Made by a program: the position numbers and the translations under genes. The notes under the pieces are model-generated. The model saw only the letters and a program-made list of their open reading frames with translations. It was not told the origin of the DNA and searched no databases. Source: Kondoa subrosea (lineage: Eukaryota). Taken from it: a stretch of DNA of 64,000 nt. The stretch covers positions 1,540,925-1,604,924 of the forward strand of contig BCIN01000004.1 in NCBI GenBank assembly GCA_039545335.1. The letters are read 5' to 3'. Below, piece by piece: positions 38,857 to 50,399 of this stretch. The stretch's first letter is position 1; each line of letters starts with the position of its first letter.

Positions 38857-39353
38857 GGCTGTCCTCAGCTGACGAGCCCGTTGTTACTGCCGCTACTGTC
38901 TTGAATTCTCTGTCTTCTGAATGTCTGCTCTGCGGTCTGATTACGAGCAGCTAGAGTATTATTGATCTGGTCGTTCGTAATGTCCTTTTTCGTTCTGCTT
39001 GCTCTCCTTTGTCTTACTTGTCTCGTCTTCGCTGCTCTCGCGAAAGGCTATTTCGGATGCGAGCGGATGTTCTCTCGTCGACATAATGCTGCTGCTGTCT
39101 CCATCCTCCTTGCGCTGGCCTCACTATTGTATCATCACGCCGATGTCATGCTTTGCACGTCCGATGTCATGTTCACAAATCCGCCCTTTCTAGCAAAGCG
39201 TGTGATCCCTAGACCGAGACAAATCCGTTATTCCTGGTTCGCCTCATTGACATCAAGATTCGTAATATCTCGCTCTCTTCTTCTTCTCTAGCCAGAACAT
39301 ATCTAGTCCAAGCATCGACCCAAACAGGCCTTCATTCCAACGAAAATACCAAA

Positions 39354-41049
39354 ATGGCTAGCATTCCTTATCCTCGCATTTTTTTCAACCCAAATGTCAA
39401 AAACGATAGAGGGCATCCTTTTCTGCTGCGAATGACTGAAGGGTCAGGAGGGGTCCCGTTGGTAAGTACTATTCCAGCCTTCGTGCCACTTGCGAGATAG
39501 TTAGTCTAACTAGAACTTCCCATCAAGAAAGTAGCAGATGCCATCAAAGGCCATCAGGAGGTGAGGATGATTGTCTTTTTGTCCCAAACCCAAATATCAT
39601 GCTGAATTGATGTCAATAGCGCGGTTACGGAGCTGAGGAGAGAGTCTTCAATGAGCTTGCTCGGCTTTATGCCATTGCCATTGAATCGACAGCAGAGGGT
39701 TCAGCCAATACCTTATCTTCGTCGCAACCACAAGCACGTCAACAACAGATTGCTACTGCTGATCCTTGTATGTGCTCATATTTTGCTTTCCGATCAGATG
39801 TCTAATACGGATAAGCAGACAGACAAGGAGGTCCTGCTCCCAATCCATACAATGTAGCTGCCTCGCAGGCTCAAGCCCGTCAACAAGTGCCGCAACAAGG
39901 TTATCCTGCTAATACATGTATGTGCTCACGGGAAGGTCTGCTTTCCAGTAAGCTATCTGACACTGAGAAGCAGACCAACAAGGAGGTCCGGCTCCTAACC
40001 CTTACAATGCATTTGCTTCGCAGCCTCAGGTCCATCATCAAGCACCTCAGGGTTATTCTGCTATCGCTCGTATGTGTTACCAATTCCTTTCCGATAAGCT
40101 TTCTAACACAGACAAGCAGACCAACAAGACGCTTTTGTGTCCGCTACCCCTGCATCTGTGCAGCTGCAAGTGCCTCAACAACCATCGCAAGAGCACCGAA
40201 TTCCTAAATGTATGTGTTCGCGTTTTCTAAAAGCGGTCAGCTGAACGCAGTCTTCACAAGACATGGATTACGCGACACCTGTCGAAGCCAAGCGTATAAA
40301 CGAATTACAATACTCCGGTGAGCAAAGTCATTGCGATGTTCGCTTACTTCCTAAAGCTTGAACAGGTGTGCAGAAAGAGATTGCCTCCAAAGAAGGGAAC
40401 AATCCACACAATGAATCTGCTATGCAACCTCAAGTCCATTCTCAAGCACCACAAGGGTATCCTAATACATGCATGTGCTCTCAATTTCCTATTCGGTGAG
40501 CTGTCTGACACAGATAAAGCAGACCAACAAGGAAGTTCTGCTTCCAATCCATACAATGTGTCTGCTGTGCAGCCTCAAGTACCTCAACAAGCATTACATC
40601 AAGCTAAACCTATTTCCAAAAGTATGTGGTCGCGTTACCTTCGAGCTCAACCAATGGTAATCCCCACAAGATATTCAATACGCAGTAGGTAACGAAGAGC
40701 AACAACTGAAGGAGAATCGGTACACCGGTGAGCAAGCTCTGGCGGCATTGGCTACTTCCTGAAACTTGAACAGCCGACGGAAAGGTGAAGCTGGACAATA
40801 AGCGGATTTATCATAACATGGTCAGAGCTCGTAGCGCCATTGCTGTGTGCGGGACTGACCAAGATCAGAGCCAACGGAAGCGCCGCGCGGAGGCCAAGGA
40901 CAAGGCGAATGTAAGTCTACTATCTACTATGGCGGACAACTTGAAAGCAGCTCCCTTCTCGCGACACAGGCACCCTAAGGCGAAGCACGCGAACGCGCAG
41001 CTGCCTCCGGCCCCAGACAAGGCTTGATGGGATGGGCACGCATATATAG
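39354..41049 (+). CDS. Hypothetical Q/P/N/Y-rich protein encoded by tandemly repeated exons; 5' exon phase unresolved
   Basis: Exons 39819-39917, 39974-40069, 40120-40209, 40261-40317, 40366-40470, 40523-40621 and 40671-40727 are all multiples of 3 and bounded by phase-1 introns. They give an open frame of QQGGPAPNPYN..SQPQ..QQ.PQGY repeats. Confidence 0.7.
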
Positions 41050-41563
41050 GAAATTTTCCTTGTATCCATTATTCGTTCATGCATCCATGCATCGCCATTC
41101 TTCCTGTACTGTACACACAGAAAGTCACGCTGAACGCGGTATGTATATGGCTCTTGCGCTCATGTTTACAGTGCGCGATTGCGCTTGAACGGAGACAGTG
41201 GACCATAACACGTTTGGCCAGCTCGATGAAACGGAAGAGGAAGTCATGATCTGGAGGTCGAGTAACAGAAGCATATTGAACATGATGCGCTTACAGCGAT
41301 GATCAACAGCGAATGGATGGTCACGAACAGAGCAGCGAATCCGGATTCCGTTCGTTAGCTCAAGAAATCTACTCGGATGAAAGAAGAAAGAGTGGAAGAA
41401 GAGTAGTGTACACTATGAAAAGTGCCAAACAACAGTAACGAATGTCTCGTAAAGGGTTTCAATGCTGTTTGACGAACATTCAAAGTCAGAAACTTGCTTC
41501 TCAGATTCAGTTGTAGCTTACCTTCTCATCCTTATATATACAGTCTACTAATGCTCTTTCTTA

Positions 41564-42747
41564 CTACGACGATGGCGCCGCGCTTTCCAAAGCTGCCTTC
41601 TCCGCTTCAATCCTTGTTTCATAACCCATCTTCTTTTCGTAATGTAATTCATTGAAATCGAAATTGCCCTTAAACTCCCAACCGTTCTCCTTGACGTGGA
41701 ATAGATTGACAGTGTTTCCTGAGAAAGCATCACGATGACCAGCAGCGTAAATTGATCTGACAGCCAAATCAAGTGCTTCATCATCTTCCAGATCATCTGA
41801 ATGCCTCCTGCTCATTAGCGCTGTTGCTCTGTACAATTGAAGGAAGGAAGACGCACATTTATACCCTTGATCTAATACACCATAAGCGAAAGTTGAACCA
41901 GATCCAACGGAGAAGACGTCGCCTGCTAATCTTGTACCATCTGAATCGACATAGAATAAAGCAGGTCCAGTTTTGTCCCAACCACAAATCATCGTTCCTG
42001 TCCATAATACTTCCATTTACCCTCGAAGGGGAAATCAGAAAGTAAAAACGAACCCATCGATAGACCCATGCCTTTGTAAGAATAAACCAAGTTTGCTAAA
42101 TACTTGGAAGCGGCAGCAACAGAGATTCTTTCCTTTTCTCGAAGTTCATGAAGACGACATTGAATGCCTAGGTACGTTTCCCAATATTGACAATCGGCTG
42201 CTCCTCCTGTCCTCGTCAAGCTCACGCATTAAGAACGGCTTGACATTCTATACGTGTTGACATGACTGACCTGCCATACTGTACGTTGATCCGAGCGACT
42301 CAGCTTTTAGCTAGCAAACAGTGATTGAAGACTACGCACGTTCCCAGAAGATAAGGATTGATCTCTATAACTTTCTTGACTGTGCCAGAAGCGATATAAC
42401 TCCCTGCTGTGGCTCTAGAATCTACAGCAACTGCTATCCCTCCTTTGAACCTGAATGCTAATGTTGTAGTACCGTGCGCTAGCTTGATTCGAGCTGCACG
42501 GTTAGAAGAATCGATGTCTGTTACTTGATTCAAATAGGCTGCTGGCTACGAAGGCGTGAACAGTGCATCGATCAGCCGGGGTGAAGGAATGGCAAGAGAA
42601 GAGAGGCAGACTCACATCCTGTACTGAAGGGAGAGCGAAGGAAGTTGGGCTTGGATTGAGTAAAGTGTTCAAATGTAAATCAGCTTGCGAATCCAGTTGT
42701 TTCAAAGTTGAAGGTCCAAAGCGTTGTACGAAGCTGTTGATGCTCAT
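41564..42747 (-). CDS. PRE2: 20S proteasome subunit beta5 (chymotrypsin-like)
   Basis: Propeptide then [79 protein letters not shown] and HRDAFSG. Confidence 0.96.
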
Positions 42748-43012
42748 CTTGCTCAGTCTTGACTCGCAAGGGTATTGAGTAGACTCAAAGGGAATGGTTC
42801 AAGGTCAAGGGGGGTGAGAGTCCGCGTCACTCTGTCGAAAGTCGTGTTGTCTTCAAGCTGAGTAGTGAGCAGTTCTGTAATCTGTTTACAGTAGTACGCT
42901 GTTGAGGCAATGCTGTTACAGAGACTAGGCTATAGGCTTTCGTATTATTATGCATTTCCATTCGTTTGTCTGAATTCGTGTTACATCTTTACCTTTTCTT
43001 ACGTTGTACCAC

Positions 43013-46000
43013 CTAGAACCACGGTCTCTTGACTGTGAAACAATACATTAGCTTCTGCATTAGATCTCAGCAAGAAAAAACACTTACTGAAGTTCAGCAA
43101 TTGAACCAAAGATGCCCTCAACCCTCCTATCCTGTTCATTGGCTTGTGCACTTGCTTGCCTACTATCGTCACACTATATAAGGTATCATAAACACATTGT
43201 AAAACAAGAAAAAGAGAAATGAACTCACTTAAATCGATGCTGTCCATCTACTGTTAATTCCACGTGCACGGTAGGTCTGTTAGCTATTCTCGTATCCACC
43301 TCAAATCTGTAGGTTTCCAACACCCACTCAGCAAGATATTGCATATACACCGAGCGCAGAGTCCTACGTTGTGTATTTCGAGTTCCCATTAGGTTCATCT
43401 ATTATCGGCTCTAGCTTGAGTTTGACGTCCGCGAAAATGAGATGAGAGAGACCTACATTGTATCGCTACATCTTCTCCTGTCTTGCCCAATCCTTGATTC
43501 TGGTTGAAAGTATGGCTAATGAAAGCCGTAAGTTTTGTTTACCAGACCTAAGACAAATCCCTCACATTGGAAGATAGAACTGTCCGGATGGGTCTTGTGC
43601 ATGAGACTTAATTTCATACACAAAAATCTCGTCCGCACCTGGTTCAACGGCGATGTAGAAACTTCAATGACGGTTTTCCTTATAGCGGCCATAGCCCATT
43701 CATGTCTATCGCCAGACAATACAATGATGCTGCATTCAAAAGGTTCATATCAGCTTTGAGAACCAGCTCCTACGTTGACCAACTGACTTTGGCACATATT
43801 CCATCACGTCCATTAATTCCGTTCGCTCGTGCACGAAACCGGCCCAAGTATCTTCAGCAGAGAAAGATCCAGTATCCCAGAGAGTCATGCTGTTCCATCA
43901 CAATCTTTCTCGATCACTGAAAGTACAATGAGAAAGACAGGGACGAACAATGGTACTGAAGAAACAACGAATTTGAAAGTCACAGTATTGTTGACCTGTT
44001 TTAACCTGCTTCAGCTGCAATCTTATACAGAGAGTTGACTGATCTCACCTGCTCCAACCAATCTTTGAACACAATCTTCTGATCTTCACCCAACATAGTT
44101 TTCTCTTTCCCATCCTTCATTGAATTCTCGCTCCTGTATTTCCTGGTGTCCCATACGAAGAAAGCAGCATCACCTTGTCTGAACCAATAGTAATTTGGTT
44201 GCAAAGCAGGCGCAACATCATGGTTGCCTGCTCCGTTGTATAACTGCCAAGCGGATTGCGCTTCTTGGAAAATAGCTGTCGAGGAATTGGAGGAGTAGTC
44301 ATTATAGATCTGTAGGTTACAACGGCAATAGCATCAGGCAAAGCTGACTTCTAATGCCATAGATCCTACCTCATGATCATCGTCTAAGATTATCTTTGAG
44401 TAGAATGTCTAGCCAGATCGAAGTCGCACTCACATATATGTAAGGTAGCTAAGTACGATATCAGCACTCCTTGTTTGCAGTGTAGAATAGACTCACGGAT
44501 CTGCTTGTATACGGACTGCCATGACCTAGATCCGTAGACTTGTCTGTACCTGTTTGAAGGAGATTTGATGAGACCATTTGCGAAAGAACAGTAGCCGAGA
44601 ATAACACACTTTCTTCGATATGTTTCTGGCGAGACACCAGCGTAGTGCGGTACATCGGCGTATATGAAGTCACTGTGAGTATAGGCTCTGGTCAGCGCGC
44701 TTTACAGAACTTTGACTAACGTCGACTGACCCGCTGTGCCCGAATCAACTTCCAAATCAGCTACGACGCCGATTCAGAAGTCTCTTAACGCACACAAACA
44801 TCAACCACTCTATTCCTTTCTCCTTGATTGCCTCGCTCAAGTACTCTACACCCCTCATCCTCAACTTCCCATCGTCCGAAAATCGTTCCAGAGGATTATA
44901 AGGCCAACCAGGAATGATACAACTAGCTGCAGCGAATTTGAAATGACTTCCTTCGCTTGCGTCTTCCAGACTTAATCTTGGATCAGGGAAAGTCACAAAT
45001 CGTTGTGATTCAGTAAACAAAGGATGAATGTTGAGCTGCCGAGTTGGGAGAGCTAGTCTGAAGTCATAAGAAGTTGAAGGATAGAGGTCGAGGAGTTTGA
45101 AAGAGGTCATATAATCGGTAGTGTTGCTGGTTAGGACAGATGGACCAAGAATCCAAGAAGAAGATGGTAGATCGGAAGGTTTGTAAATGATCCGAGCACC
45201 GCCTTCGTATTCTGTTGGCATTGTCGGTCGAGGAGTGAAAAGAATGTCCAAGAGTGTGTCATTAGCTATTGATGGCATTGGTTCTTCCTCCAATATATCG
45301 GAAGAGAATGCATATGGTGGAATTCGAGCAACAATCTTGGCCGAGGTATCGGTGATTGCTCCCACTCGCATGAAAGCCAGGTCGTTAAGTTCCATAGTAT
45401 AAAGAGGTGTGAAGGCGAAATCCAAGCACATGCCCAGGATCACACAATTGATAAATAGAGTAAGGCGATTGAAGACTCTCGAAGCTGAAGGGCTACCAGC
45501 GAAAAGGTGCAACACGCTAGGCCTTGATGGTATAGGCGCAAGCAGCTTTTCTTCGTGTCCGACAGGTGGATCCTTGGTAATCAATCTATCCTCTTCCTTC
45601 GGTACTTTAATACTATCTTTGTATTCTTGCCATGTCGGCGTACTAGAAAGCTTAGCAGGTTTCGATTTCTTGGGAGTGATAACTTTGCTTTCGTTTTCTG
45701 CGTTTTTGCTTTCAAGGTCTTTGACTATTTGAGCATATGAAGGAGCGTTAGGTTCTGTGGGAACATGGTGCACAGGCTTAGAGTCGAGACTTTTGCCTTT
45801 GTCTAGCTGTTTCTGAGCCTTGTCAGACTGCTTATTCATCGTTCTTTGAGGACTTTGTTCAATATAGTCGAGTTTTGTATCGGTGAAGAAGTAGGTGATT
45901 AGGAAGATGCCAAAGAGACCATAGACGATCGTAGCATGATGTCCTGCTGTCATGTGAGCTGCTGACTTTCTTAACATTCATGCAAGCTCGCCTGGCATCC

Positions 46001-46178
46001 ATCCTATATTTCAAATCTCAGAGAAGCATTGGCGGAATACCATAGAGTACTTACTGAGGAAGAAATAGGCGCCCATGCGGAAGAGCTAGCTCAATACGAC
46101 TTAGCATAAATTTCAAAACATCTGAAATGATGCTTGACGAACCACAGAGGCAACGGTGTTGATCATCGTCACTGCCAT
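43013..46178 (-). CDS. Membrane-anchored PhoD-family (alkaline phosphatase D-like) phosphatase
   Basis: N-terminal hydrophobic segments, RVGAITDTSAKI, FAAASC, spliced FVGDFIYADVP, IYDDHE, FFVWDTRKYRS, KTMLGEDQ, DSLG, LSGDRHE and EVSTSPL. Confidence 0.88.
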
Positions 46179-46323
46179 TGTCTCACCAAGCGAGGACGCA
46201 GAGAGCCGAGGTATATAGACAGCTGTGTATAATCCAAGACAGGCGAGATTCGGTATTCTCCAAAATCCTTAGGTCGTCCTGGGTCAAGCAAGTCGCGTTG
46301 AAAGTGACTGCACTAAGTCGGGA

Positions 46324-47446
46324 ATGGCCACTGTGCTGTTCGCTGGCTTGAGCTCCAAAGCTTTCCTCAATACATGCACGCGGACTTCACATCAAAACAT
46401 GCCTGTATTGCTCGATTTACTCGAACGCACTTCTGGTCTTTTGACCTATTCAAATGTACACTAGTCATCTCTACTCTGCATTCTTTCCTTATTTGCTTTG
46501 TTTCCAGCATATCTCTTCACTGGATGATCCATTGTGGTGTGGTGTGCTTCCGTTCAGTACTTTGTGTCGAGGTAGTCGATTTCGCTGGACTCTGGGAGCG
46601 AGAGATATCATGTTCACGAACCCGTCTGTCTAGTCTTCTTCTTCTCGCTGCTTTGGTCTGACTAGCAATTGTAGACTGTTTTCACATTTCTTTGCTAATG
46701 GACAAGTTCTAGAAACGGAACGAAGAGGAGGTGGGATCTATCAGCCTTCTATGGACAGAGCTATAGAAATACTGCGGAGCGGAGGCTGGGTAAGGATGAT
46801 TGTCAATGCAATTCTAAGAAAATAGCTGATGCTTCAGACGATAAAGGTACATATCTTTCCAGAGGTCTGTTCTCTCTTCATTAGAACACTACACAGCTCA
46901 ATTCCTAGCAGGGTTTCGTCAATCAACCCTCTTTGCAGCTCGAGAAGACCGCGGATGAACGACGACATCGACTACTTCGGTAAGCGATCATCTATGCGAG
47001 TTTCTATTTTCTTTCATCTCGTTCGCAAAGATTTCGGTGGGGCATATCTCGTTTGCTTATCGATGCACCCAGATCAACACAAATCCTGCCGATGTATTTC
47101 CAAGGCATGTCTTTCCTTCCTTATATTATTCTGTCGTTGTATTGACTGTATTTTGACAACCATAGGCTTTAACGCTATTATGCCAGAAGGTAGAAAGAAA
47201 CCTTGGCGTTTCTTCCCTAAACCAGGAGCGAACATCAATATAACTTTCGGCTCGCAAGCGCTCGATAGAGAAAGGTTGATAGATCCGCTGCTTTCGGATG
47301 TAGGCAATTGGAACAGAGGAGATACTAAGCCGCAATATTTGGGCGAAGATGTAAGACTGAAACAGGCTAGAATGGATATAGCCAATGTGTTGCGCCAAGA
47401 ACTAATCAGACTAAAAAGCAAAACAACAGAGAGCATAGATAGATGA
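46324..47446 (+). CDS. TAZ1: Tafazzin (cardiolipin transacylase)
   Basis: Spliced LLTYSNHISSLDDPLWCGVV...RWTLGARDIMFT, GGGIYQPSMDRAIE, WVHIFPEGFVNQ and FRWGISRLL: HxxxxD acyltransferase motifs of tafazzin. Confidence 0.9.
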
Positions 47447-47505
47447 TCGTGTATTATAGTGAATTGCTAATAATTTGCTATGCTAATTGATGTATAACGG
47501 TGGTT

Positions 47506-49952
47506 CTACTCCTTCTTCTCCAACTTGGCTTCAAGTGCTGCTACTTGTTGTTGTAATTTCTTGATTTCCCGCAGCACAGCAGTAGTGGGCGAAGCAGACA
47601 GATCACTGTAAGCCGTCGCAAATCCTTGAAGCTTATAAAAAGCTGAAAGAATGATGATCACTTACGGGAAATCTTTGCACAACTTGTCGAAAGGAACTTT
47701 CGAAAGCTGACCGGCTTCTTTATCCTGCTCATCAGCTTCGGGGTTCTCTTCCAAATCCTCTTCTCCATCCAGCAATGCATTCTCTGCCATCTTAACTCTG
47801 AACCGATCAATTTTGCTTTCGAATAAGGCAATTACGCAAAGAGCAGGAGCAAAGATGACGGTCAGGAGGAAAGCGTTGAGTTTGTAGTATCTTTCTTTTG
47901 AGATCACGAATTCCAAAGGCAGGATGCAGATTTCGATGAGATTGAAGGGACTTATTAAGAAATGAGCTAGATCCATTCCATCCAACAGAGACTTACGCGA
48001 CATAGACAAACTATCATCACCAATGTCAGCATATGAGATGCATCACTCGGCGAACACATACCTCATCAGGTGCCTGTTTTGTCGTTCTGAGACGTGGTTC
48101 ATTGGATGAAGAGAATTGAACTCACTCGTACAGCGCTCACGACTTTCTGTCCGAAGAAAGCCAAGAACTCGCTTATGGCATCACCAGTAATTTGATCATA
48201 AGCACTTCCGAACAAGGCGACCAAGACATTGAGCAGAATGACAATAGTCAAAAAGCACCATCCGTAGTAGAGAATTCTGTGCACAGCTCACCAATTCAGC
48301 AAAGTCTTGCGAACTCGGCACTCAACGCACAATCCGAAAGGCCAAACGATCGCTGTGAGTAATTAACAACCCTTTCAGCTGTGATACAGCAGAGTTCGAC
48401 AACGCTCACTAGCTTCTTCTCCTCTAAACATGTCGAAAGCTGGACTGCCAAGGACACCTTCAAACAGAGCGTAAATGACTTGCGAGGTAGTGTCTCTTCC
48501 ATTTCCATCTGAAGCATCCAGACCAGTGAGGGATTGGACAAATCCTGTTTGACAGCACTATTAACGCTTTAACAAGAACATTGCTGAGTATGCGCACCGA
48601 TAGCCATTAGACCAAGCAGTGTGAAGAATATCGCACTCTCCCTACAGCAGTCTGCTGCATTAGCCCTTCTGTCTGATCGAAACACTACACTGACCGCATC
48701 ATTCTCCAGATTACAATTTGTAACGTTCCAAAATACGTAAGCTGATCGAACTGTACTTTATTGAGTTAGGGCAGCCTTCCTGGAGAGAAGTATTTTGCAC
48801 TGACGACCGGAAGAAACTTGGACCAGATCAGTGGAGCTGCCAAAGAGAGGATATGAAAGGATAATGCGCGGTAATGAGCTGCCTTTTTGTCATTTGTAAC
48901 TCCAACATCGGCCATGCGGAAACCGAAAGCGACTAAATTTTAATCATCAAGAAGAGGTCTTTGGTAACAAGGCGAAGATATATACCTATGATGATAGTCC
49001 ATATGATCATATTTATCATTGTCCAAAAAGTAACACCGGCTCTCCAACCAACTTTGTAGATCTTGATAAGATCTTCGAACAGATAGCCAAAGACTTGAAC
49101 ATAGAGAATCCAATCTTCAGGACCCCATTCTCTATCTGGTGTTTGAATAGTCACAGCATATGCGGCAGTGAAGAGCAACCACAGAACGATTCTGAGCCAA
49201 TTCTGATATCTTGGTACGGCCAAGCGAGAGTAGGATAGATGATTCAGGAAGCCTCCCTTGGCCGCGTTCTTGTACAATGTATAGACTAGATGACCTCTTG
49301 TATCTGTCGTTTGAACGAGATGACCATCCCAAAGAGCGAAAACACATCGTTGAGCTGCATTTGAAGACATGAAGAAAGGACAATGTTGATCTACTGCTGA
49401 TTCCAGCGCAGATGTAGGTAGAGATTCGTCACCATCGCTTTCAATCCTTGTATAACGAGTACTGAGGGTTATATGCTGTTTGTGCGACTCGAGACCAACG
49501 ACGACTCTTCGTGCCAAAACCTCACAAGCAACACTTCTCCCGCTGTTTTCTTCGAAATCAGAGGGATCGTTCCGTGCATCTTTCAGAAAACTTCGACGTG
49601 CTTCAAGGAGACAATATGGAACAGCATCTTCGAAATCTCCAGCACAAGTTCGGTAAGCTTCAACAACTTCTTTTGTGATGATGGATGACAAAGGATCTTT
49701 GAGCTCGTCTCTGCGCAATATAAGCAACGCAAAACATAGCAGAATACAGAGGACCTCACAAGTCTACTTCAATAGGCAGCAATTTCATTGTCATAGCTTT
49801 GATGCGCTTGATGATGCCTGTGAGCCATATGTGAGTGAATGTTTCAATTCAGCTCTAGTCGACCAACTCGTCGTAGTCTTTGCTGATATGTTCATGCACT
49901 CTGGAACATCTTGTCCATCAATGTTGGACAGCAAACCAGCTTCATCCTCCAT
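47506..49952 (-). CDS. YVC1: Vacuolar TRP-like cation channel (Yvc1/TRPY1)
   Basis: YCLLEAR..F, ACEVLARR, STRYT, SALESAVDQH..FMSS, RLAVPRYQN, ILLNVLVALFGSAY and VRAPDE.VYVAPFNLIE. Confidence 0.88.
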
Positions 49953-50399
49953 AGTATCTGCGCTAGAAAGCATTCTGTAGGCATAGTGAGACGTCGGTCT
50001 AGCTTGCTGTCTGGCACATACCCAGACATTTTCGCTGTTGTCGGAAAACCGCAATTTGCGAAATTCACGTCACGACTCTAGCTCATCCAGTACTCGCGCA
50101 TTACGCGATATACGTGTCAGAAGAGCAGAACATGCCAATCTTCCTTGGCCGGTCCTTTCATGCGGTCACGATAGCACTCGACAGTCTTGCAAGGAATCAA
50201 GAACTTGATGAGTACGAATCACATAATGCTAACAAAAGTGCTATACAAATACTATATCTACAAGTTGAAAGCACATTATTCAGAGAAATCAAACATTACT
50301 GGATATACTTCTTTCACTTATTCACATCAAATCTGAAATAACGAATCTTGCTCTACGCACTCTGCTCACAGATGCGTTTCTCTGCTTTCTTCTTCTTCT

